Source: Bacteriovoracia bacterium (GTDB lineage: Bacteria > Bdellovibrionota > Bacteriovoracia > Bacteriovoracales > Bacteriovoracaceae). From it: DNA of 23,568 nucleotides. The stretch lies in the NCBI GenBank assembly GCA_046570105.1, contig JBKHVI010000044.1:1-23568 (forward strand). The letters are read 5' to 3'. Position 1 is the first letter of the stretch; each line of letters starts with the position of its first letter. Position numbers and translations under genes: made by a program. Under the pieces are notes generated by a model that was not told the origin of the DNA, did no database searches, and worked only from the letters and a program-made list of their open reading frames with translations. Below are positions 15,501 to 21,324 of the stretch, piece by piece.

Positions 15501-16677
15501 TGATAAATACTTGTTCACGACGGGCCTCGACCAAAATCTGGCGTAAACGAGGGGCCACTAAATTATAAGTGTATTCGTATGCGTGAGGTTTAAAGTCATG
15601 AGAGAGCGCTGACACTTTAATCGATACATGGGCCTTATTAATACCTGCACCGTTGCGCTCACCTGGTTGCACATGAATTTTTAAACCATGAACAATTGCT
15701 AAAACTCGTTTTAAATATTCGTCGGCCTCCCCTTCAGAAACCACCAACTCACCCAATTGATCCAGTGTCGCTTCACGACGTGAATCATGCAGCGACTGAA
15801 GAGTCTTATCTGAAGTGGCAATGGATTCACCGGCAATAAAACGCTTCGCCATTTTTTTTACTAGTGCACGCACGACAAAGGCCAGCATACCTGCGGGAAT
15901 CACTCTCACCGCCATCAAACCAAACTTTAATCCCACCACATACGGCCGTGGCAGTGGACGAGTGCCACCGAGCGAAACGCCACGCTGACGAAGCCGGCGA
16001 TCATCAGACAATAATCGGCGCAGTGATTCGATCAGGTTGCGCTTAACTTCAAAACCTTGCTGGTCGTGATCAAGTGAGGGAAGCAGGGCCAAAAATTTGA
16101 GTAAGTGAATACGAATCAAGGCGAACTGGGCCGTTAACCCTAATCCCCAATCGGAAACTCTCTCAAACAGAGTTGGGCGATAAGACTGCACATGGCGAAC
16201 GAGATGACGTAATTTTTCTTTGGTCAGCTCTTCCACTGTCGCCCAGCGCTCCACTTGGCGCCAGTCAGGAAGTTTTTCTGTACTCGTAACCCACTCCCAC
16301 TCTGTTGGGAAATGACGTGAGTCCAGTGTACTCATGGCACGGGCATGGTCACGCAACTCTTGCGCTACAATCCCTTCCCGCTCGCAGGCATCGAGCAATA
16401 ATAATTCGCGCGCCAAACGACGAGAGCCAGCGAGAATTTTTTTCTCTGAAGCAATGACTGCAAATAAAACAGGAAAACCCGCCACGTTGACTTCACGTCG
16501 CATGGAGGGGCCTGGCGTTTGCTGACTCCACTGTTCAATAAAGTGACTCAACTCTGCACAAGGTTTATTCACATGAATTAACAGCGCTTGATAATCCGAC
16601 GGACATATCAGCGTGAAACCACCCGGCAATGGGTGCTGAACGAGTGAATAAACTTCCGCCACGTGGGGCGCAGACAT
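12529..16677 (-). CDS. putA: Bifunctional proline dehydrogenase / glutamate-semialdehyde dehydrogenase
   Basis: PRODH motifs SIKVSAL, NIDAE, RLVKGAYWD and YLVRRIMEN. ALDH motifs APWNFPLAI, FTGS, EMGGKNA, GQKCSAC and EIFGPV. AGGAGG SD before ATG 16677. Confidence 0.95.
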   Translation of the reverse strand: MSAPHVAEVYSLVQHPLPGGFTLICPSDYQALLIHVNKPCAELSHFIEQWSQQTPGPSMRREVNVAGFPVLFAVIASEKKILAGSRRLARELLLLDACEREGIVAQELRDHARAMSTLDSRHFPTEWEWVTSTEKLPDWRQVERWATVEELTKEKLRHLVRHVQSYRPTLFERVSDWGLGLTAQFALIRIHLLKFLALLPSLDHDQQGFEVKRNLIESLRRLLSDDRRLRQRGVSLGGTRPLPRPYVVGLKFGLMAVRVIPAGMLAFVVRALVKKMAKRFIAGESIATSDKTLQSLHDSRREATLDQLGELVVSEGEADEYLKRVLAIVHGLKIHVQPGERNGAGINKAHVSIKVSALSHDFKPHAYEYTYNLVAPRLRQILVEARREQVFINIDAEHYHYRDLVLKIYRQVLLETPELHGWSDTGIVLQAYLRDGATHLRDIIALARERGVRMPIRLVKGAYWDAETIEATAHSHHAPQFLNKEESDLHFRQLAAMTLAHPAELQLALGSHNLQDHCFAEALRQLHYPEAPVIEHQCLHMTYEALSHGLARMGWPTRNYMPIGNLLVGMAYLVRRIMENSSQVGILTIMRSHNKKDAFGAPLTVHETKQAQGELVRDELETALDSGFKNCTPVRLYVKHELDQFLAALKTFRTEVEAKQEQFKNAPGLKINCNSHPSLLVGVIDELTPAEAIKHAQDLYQGMKNGNSWTEKPRSYRLGVILKAADRMWQERNRLAALIVFEAGKAWSEALADVDEAIDFLNFYVREDLRWSAELKSAQPRGVTAVIAPWNFPLAIPCGMAVAPLIAGNAVILKPAEQTPLIARELVELLYSAGVPKTALVFVTGDGEKVGAPLVQSPFVSSIVFTGSKGVGQWIYQTASVQAVKHPITEKFLPKKVITEMGGKNAIVVTNNCEQDETVSGILYAAFGHAGQKCSACSRVLVDAEVKDALLARLVKAVKDLPAGPSTLGHVLVNPVVTETDKFRIREAVRQATTEAETYGGKVWVDRSTEAHEGHIVGPVMIELPMERAMHPESWAQREIFGPVIHIVPYRSLDEAVKLFNSTEYGLTGGIYGQSQDDIDYLVRELKCGNLYVNRPNTGARVAIEPFGGFKLSGTGPKAGGRDYMAQFYTTGELESVTSNAAWEEGSGYRFELPRASLLSVQGRTLRWEKLAHKVLSHFESLTQTVDEAQKRQLKSFVEWGSVGIPQHLSSIHPNLRIPGQLSYDQKDLPREVSLIITGEEAVSMALLIQWLSALASGSGMAIICTNSKSYSVWKGLCELAWQAGFAKPNLEVYFTGKNELQAILANPLINVVYVAGSGEFREKMLAMSLPTGSLDITMRALYHDGEHPPLGLWSAWLDQYLWVRSFAVNTMRHGAPLEIGL

Positions 16678-16743
16678 GGTTGGCCTCCTGAGAATTTCAA
16701 AGGCCTTTAGTCTACTCGGGCGCCCGGTTGTTCGCAAAGACGT

Positions 16744-16773
16744 TTGACGCTAGAAGTGCCTTAAGTCTAACAT
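16744..16773 (+). promoter_or_regulatory. Putative sigma70 promoter, probably leaderless transcript
   Basis: TTGACG-N18-TAACAT-N6-GTG(16780) with no SD. Confidence 0.5.
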
Positions 16774-16779
16774 CTAAGT

Positions 16780-17970
16780 GTGAAGTCACTTTTCGCTCTA
16801 ATTTTGTGTACTCTTTTCACAACGCATCCTTCTGCGGCGCAGAGCTATACCCAAGCTGATCTAGAGGCGTTGGAGAAAGAACAAAGCTATAGCGAGTTCT
16901 TTGCCCATGCTCTCGATGTTCGTCCGACTGAACGCACTGAATACTGGCAAACCATGGTGCAAAACATGGGAGAGGGCTATCTCAAGTCCTTGCTCAAAAA
17001 AAATCGCTTAGATGAAGCTGATTTTCAACAGATGGAGCGCCTCGCTGGCTGGAAGGCCTTAGCGAGCTTTGAATTTTTTAGAATTAAACGCCAAGAAGTG
17101 GCGACTCGCTGGTTCACACAATGCTTCCAAGAAAACTCAACACCCGAATCATCCTGCTGGAAAGACTTCGTGGCTTTTTGGGAAATCGACCGTCAAGAAC
17201 CTGACATGGCGCCACGACTGCTTACGCTCCTCACTCCTTATTTAGGAAAGAGTGGTGATCCCAGCAATCCCCTTCACCGAGCGCGCCTGACAGTGAATGC
17301 TTATTTTATTCTAAAACCACTGCTCATTTCACCGGTGGCCGAACTTCAATGCAAAAAGCCTGAGCTGCAAGATATTCTGTGGCAGAAACTTAATAATGAG
17401 TGGGAGCTCAATCTCAAACAGAAAAGCTTCACCGCCTTTCTTAAGGAGCTGGCCCATGAAAGTTGTTGGCAGGCCTTGCACCCCAGAATTCATCAATTGT
17501 GGACAACAGGTGCGGCCCCGCAAGATTTAAGTTTGGGTTATCTTTTTTTGAAGTCACAAGGGGCACTCACTGAAAATGAGCGTGACCTGTTTTACTTAAG
17601 CTACTTGCTGAATTCTCCGGCACGCGGTGAAACTTTTAATCTTGCTTGGGCGAGGATCCAAGAGCTCGGCAAGAAACCTCTACTTCGTGAAGAATTGCTT
17701 GCGACATTAAAGAAATGGTCACCGCTTCCTGGCGAATTATTCAATGACCTTGACCTCATTAAGCGTCGAGCGGTTTCTCGTCATCTGCAACGCCACTTCC
17801 CGGAATACCTGGATCATTACGCTCATGTCTGTGTGGACTTCTTTGGGGGCAAGAAACGCTTTCCCAAGGGCAGCCCTGCCCTTCAGTGTCGTTCGCTCTT
17901 CGATCTAGCAGCGAGCGAAAAAGACCTTCTACCGGATGCTTTGATTCAAACCTTCAAGGCTTCGCTTTGA
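16780..17970 (+). CDS. Secreted helical hypothetical protein
   Basis: 396-aa ORF with a Sec signal peptide (MKSLFALILCTLFTTHPSAA) and several Cys that could form disulfides. Confidence 0.8.
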   Translation: MKSLFALILCTLFTTHPSAAQSYTQADLEALEKEQSYSEFFAHALDVRPTERTEYWQTMVQNMGEGYLKSLLKKNRLDEADFQQMERLAGWKALASFEFFRIKRQEVATRWFTQCFQENSTPESSCWKDFVAFWEIDRQEPDMAPRLLTLLTPYLGKSGDPSNPLHRARLTVNAYFILKPLLISPVAELQCKKPELQDILWQKLNNEWELNLKQKSFTAFLKELAHESCWQALHPRIHQLWTTGAAPQDLSLGYLFLKSQGALTENERDLFYLSYLLNSPARGETFNLAWARIQELGKKPLLREELLATLKKWSPLPGELFNDLDLIKRRAVSRHLQRHFPEYLDHYAHVCVDFFGGKKRFPKGSPALQCRSLFDLAASEKDLLPDALIQTFKASL

Positions 17971-17988
17971 TTTTATCTCTTGTCTGAC

Positions 17989-18155
17989 AAATCTCATTTC
18001 ACCCATGAAGCCCGAATCAAAGTTTCAACTTACATAGAAGTCACTACTAGAGGGCGCCTCGAGCTTCCTACTTCTTCAGCTTGATTCATTCTGGCATTGA
18101 TTATCGAGTCTTAAAAAGATTCGTGCGCCAGAATGAGATGGGTGAAATGAGATTT
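17989..18155. repeat. Structured dispersed element, copy 2 (167 bp, inverted relative to copy 1)
   Basis: Perfect 18-bp terminal IR AAATCTCATTTCACCCAT / ATGGGTGAAATGAGATTT, with the same internal hairpins as copy 1 carrying compensatory changes. Confidence 0.85.
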
Positions 18156-18172
18156 CTATTTCGTCGACCATC

Positions 18173-18219
18173 GCCGCCTCTCGCCTCCTGGCTCCGGCGG
18201 CATACCGTCCATCCTGGAC
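18173..18219 (-). repeat. GC-rich REP-like hairpin cluster with GGA loops
   Basis: On the minus strand, GTCCA-GGA-TGGAC is followed by GCCGCC...GCC-AGGA-GGC...GGCGGC. Confidence 0.5.
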
Positions 18220-18221
18220 AT

Positions 18222-18252
18222 AAAATAAAAAGGGACCCCGAAGGATCCCTTT
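18222..18252 (-). terminator. Rho-independent terminator of the SWIB gene (possibly bidirectional)
   Basis: Minus strand reads AAAGGGATCC-TTCG-GGGTCCCTTTTTATTTT. Confidence 0.9.
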
Positions 18253-18277
18253 CTTATTAAAACAATCTACGTAGAGA

Positions 18278-18685
18278 TTACTTCAAGTGGTTAGAAACGA
18301 GCTTAGTCATTTCGAACATTGAAACAGTCTTCTTGCCGCCGAAAACAGCTTTTAGCTTGTCGTCAGCATTGATGTTACGCTTGTTTTTTGCATCTTGAAG
18401 ATTGTGCTTCTTGATGTAAACCCAGATCTTCTTCACAACTTCAGTGCGTGGAAGAGCTGTTGCGCCTACGATTTCAGCCAAAGCTGCAGAAGGAGTCAAA
18501 GCCTTCATGAAAGCTGGGTTTGGCTTACGAGCAGTTTTCTTCTTAGGAGCAGCTACTTTCTTAGTAGTTGCTTTCTTAGCTGTTGCTTTCTTAGCAGTAG
18601 CTTTTTTAGCAGCTGGCTTCTTAGCCGTTGCTTTCTTAGCTGTTGCTTTTTTAGCAGTAGCTTTCTTTGTTGTTTTCTTAGCCAT
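18278..18685 (-). CDS. Histone-H1-like Lys/Ala-rich protein fused to a SWIB/MDM2 domain
   Basis: GGAGG SD and ATG at 18685. (AKKAT)n repeats are followed by PSAALAEIVG..LPRTEVVKKIWVYIKKHNLQD..NKRNINADDKLKAVFG. Confidence 0.92.
   Translation of the reverse strand: MAKKTTKKATAKKATAKKATAKKPAAKKATAKKATAKKATTKKVAAPKKKTARKPNPAFMKALTPSAALAEIVGATALPRTEVVKKIWVYIKKHNLQDAKNKRNINADDKLKAVFGGKKTVSMFEMTKLVSNHLK
18545..18680 (-). repeat. Degenerate 15-bp coding tandem repeat
   Basis: Variants of GCTAAGAAAGCAACA encoding AKKAT pentapeptides. Confidence 0.8.
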
Positions 18686-18755
18686 GTGACTTTCCTCCGT
18701 CAAATTGAGTCCCAAAGGGTACTCGTGGTTGTTATCATACTTAGGTCGAAACCTA

Positions 18756-19205
18756 TTAACTCACTATTTTTTCCCATTCGACAATAGCGTTACTGTCACC
18801 CAAGCTATTGCCCGTCTTACGGTAGCCATGAGATTCATTCAACGCAATCATTCTAAAGTTATCTACTGGACAGTAATTCACAACACGTTTGAGTTGTAAA
18901 CGTCCCGCCTCGCGTTCGTAAAAGTCTTTAATACGATGACTAAAGCCATTGCCCTGAAAGGCCAGCTTAATAGGGGTATTCTTCGTGAAGAGAGCCTCTT
19001 TATCATTCTTCATGAATAAAGCGGCCACAGTATCGTTCCCAAAAGTGACAGAGTAGAGTTTCCATCCGCCCTTCATTTCGCGACGGATATTATCAATGTT
19101 CCATTGGAGATCACGTGAATCAGTAAAAACTTGGATATCGAAGTTCGAGATCCCAATGATCTCATCTTCTTTTTTTACTTCTTTAAATACCAAGTTTTTT
19201 TCCAA
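18756..19205 (-). CDS. GNAT-family acetyltransferase-like protein
   Basis: Motif A FQGNGFS and motif B DNFRMIALNESHGYRKTG. Confidence 0.75.
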   Translation of the reverse strand: MEKNLVFKEVKKEDEIIGISNFDIQVFTDSRDLQWNIDNIRREMKGGWKLYSVTFGNDTVAALFMKNDKEALFTKNTPIKLAFQGNGFSHRIKDFYEREAGRLQLKRVVNYCPVDNFRMIALNESHGYRKTGNSLGDSNAIVEWEKIVS

Positions 19206-19246
19206 GCATTCTCTCTAGGTAACAGTGCAACTCATTCTTGGATTTG

Positions 19247-19276
19247 ATTCTATAGATAAGTTTTTCACTTTATCAA
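19247..19276 (-). promoter_or_regulatory. Putative sigma70 promoter for the GNAT (-SWIB) unit
   Basis: TTGATA-N18-TAGAAT on the minus strand. Confidence 0.55.
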
Positions 19277-19295
19277 ACAATTTTTTTAGGGGGGG

Positions 19296-19952
19296 TCAGT
19301 GGGAAAACGGCTCTGGCACGAGATTAAGGCGTGGTTCTCGGAAGGTTTCAGCGAGACTCATCTGCAGCCAATCGAGCAATGCCCCCTCAGGAATCGTGCC
19401 AGAATTGAGTGCTATATAAAGGGTGAATTCTTCCACATCCAGGAGCTCAATCTCACCACCATTTTTATAAAATCCACTTAAGCGTTCAGAGGAGAAAAAC
19501 GCTTTAAGCTCTCGAATCTTCTCGGACAAATTGAGTTTCTCAAAGCTTTTCCCAGAGGGAAAACTAAAATCCGTAAGCACTCTCCCCGACTTAAAACTGT
19601 GCTCAATCTGTCCCAGAAGTTGGCCCCACATCTGGGGTAAAATTCCCATCTCTTCGGGTGAAAAAGCTGGCTCAGAATTACGATCTCTGAGCCACGCCTC
19701 AGCTTCTCGCAAGGTCATTTCTTTTATTTTCTGCCACGATTTATTTTTTAATAAATGCCCCATGGCCTCTAAAATAACCCGTTCTCCCTCTGTCCAAGGG
19801 CCCTGATAACCCCATTCTTCGAAATTTTCTCGGCCCTTCCAGGCCACCACACGACCGTCATTACTATGACACTTTTGCCAATCGGAGGGGATTTCAGACA
19901 AAGAAAATTGTGTTTTTGTGAGGATATTCTGTGCTCGTAATGACCATTTCAT
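19296..19952 (-). CDS. Hypothetical protein with degenerate NifU-like domains
   Basis: C-terminal GGEIELLDVEEFTLYIALNSG is NifU_C-like but lacks CxxC. Start placed at MKWSLR (19952) to avoid overlap with thiN. Confidence 0.55.
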   Translation of the reverse strand: MKWSLRAQNILTKTQFSLSEIPSDWQKCHSNDGRVVAWKGRENFEEWGYQGPWTEGERVILEAMGHLLKNKSWQKIKEMTLREAEAWLRDRNSEPAFSPEEMGILPQMWGQLLGQIEHSFKSGRVLTDFSFPSGKSFEKLNLSEKIRELKAFFSSERLSGFYKNGGEIELLDVEEFTLYIALNSGTIPEGALLDWLQMSLAETFREPRLNLVPEPFSH

Positions 19953-19975
19953 AGCAAAGAGGATAAGATGGTGTG

Positions 19976-20593
19976 ATGTCATTGTGGAAGCAGAAATTAT
20001 CACTTACTCGCCAAGTTCTCCTCGTGGGACCCATGGCCTTGCAATTTCCTGATGCAAATCTGCGCCGTGATAAAATCTTAATCGGTGTCGACGGTGGTGT
20101 CTGGAGTGAGCATCTCTCTTTATATGATGTTACTCTCGGTGATGGTGATTCACTTAGATCTCCCGTGAAACTGGATCATCATTTTTCCAGTGATAAAAAT
20201 GAAAGTGACTTAAGCCTTGCCCTTAAGCTTTTGCCACCAGACCTGATCTCAGTTGAGCTGTGGGGTTTTTGGGGCGGGCGCGACGATCATCAATGGGTGA
20301 ATCTAGGAGAAGTCTTTCATTGGATGAATCACAGCGCCCTGGTGACAATTCATCGTCCCGACAAAGCACCGATTCGGCTTTACCCTGCAGGTGTGCACAA
20401 GATGACCACTCATCACACTTTCACTCTCCTCTCACTTGAAGATGCGCACTTTAGTATTCAAGGCCATTGCCGCTGGCCACTTCCTCGCACCCAAGTAGCT
20501 AAACTCTCCTCCCATTTGCTTTCAAATCAAGGCCAGGGAGAAATGACCATCGAATGTGATCACAAGTTTTTTTGTTTTGAGGAGGCCCCATGA
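19976..20593 (+). CDS. thiN: Thiamine pyrophosphokinase
   Basis: IGVDGG, GDGDS, DKNESDLSLAL, GFWGGRDDH and LSN motifs. Confidence 0.88.
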   Translation: MSLWKQKLSLTRQVLLVGPMALQFPDANLRRDKILIGVDGGVWSEHLSLYDVTLGDGDSLRSPVKLDHHFSSDKNESDLSLALKLLPPDLISVELWGFWGGRDDHQWVNLGEVFHWMNHSALVTIHRPDKAPIRLYPAGVHKMTTHHTFTLLSLEDAHFSIQGHCRWPLPRTQVAKLSSHLLSNQGQGEMTIECDHKFFCFEEAP

Positions 20594-21261
20594 GACCTCG
20601 TCATCACGGCCTAGATACTCTGCGCGGAGTGGCCGTCTTATTAATGATGATTTTTCATCTGGTCTATGACTTCTGGCTCTTTGGTTTACTCGATGATCAC
20701 TACAAGCAAGGTTTCTGGCACGCTCTACCGCGCTTTATTGTCTTTCTCTTCTTGTGGTGTGTGGGAACTTCCCTGGAACTCACACATGGGGAGGGCGTGC
20801 GCTGGAAAAGTTTCTGGCAACGCTTAGGAAAACTGGCAGGCATTGCTCTCCTTATAAGTAGTGTGACTTATATTCTTTTCCCGAAAACTTGGATTTATTT
20901 CGGCACCATTCATTGCATCGCTACCGTCAGTCTTTTGGCGCTCCCCTTTTTCTATCTGCGCTGGGCCCGTATTCCGGTGCTACTTGCTATTCTATACGGC
21001 CAATATTTTGCAGGATTTGATATTCGATGGATGGGCAGTCACTTCCCGCGACTCTCAATGGATTTTATTCCCGCCTATCCCTGGTTCTGGGTCACTCTCC
21101 TTGGTATGATCACCGGGCCCTGGCTACTCTCTAAATGGCAAGCAACGGCCAATCCACCGCTAGAATTTCTAGGCAAGCATGCGCTCAAAATCTATTTACT
21201 GCACCAGCCACTGTTTTATGGTTTGGCCGCGCTTGTTGCTTGGTGGCAAAAGCTAGATTAA
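20590..21261 (+). CDS. DUF1624 / HGSNAT-like membrane acyltransferase
   Basis: LDTLRGVAVLLMMIFH, FGTIHCI, DFIPAYPW and LGKHALKIYLLHQP. Multiple TM helices. Confidence 0.85.
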   Translation: MRPRHHGLDTLRGVAVLLMMIFHLVYDFWLFGLLDDHYKQGFWHALPRFIVFLFLWCVGTSLELTHGEGVRWKSFWQRLGKLAGIALLISSVTYILFPKTWIYFGTIHCIATVSLLALPFFYLRWARIPVLLAILYGQYFAGFDIRWMGSHFPRLSMDFIPAYPWFWVTLLGMITGPWLLSKWQATANPPLEFLGKHALKIYLLHQPLFYGLAALVAWWQKLD

Positions 21262-21324
21262 TGCTGATTCAAACGGCCGCATAAATCGACAAGGCCCTGT
21301 GGCCTGTGGCACAGTCTTGTCTCT

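Noticed and set aside
12570..16525. Short alternative-frame and antisense ORFs within putA (and similar ones inside other long genes)
   Set aside because: They are fully nested in well-supported genes and have no motifs or SDs.
18395..18787. Plus-strand ORFs 18395-18787 and 18444-18689
   Set aside because: Antisense shadows of the low-complexity AKKAT repeat gene.
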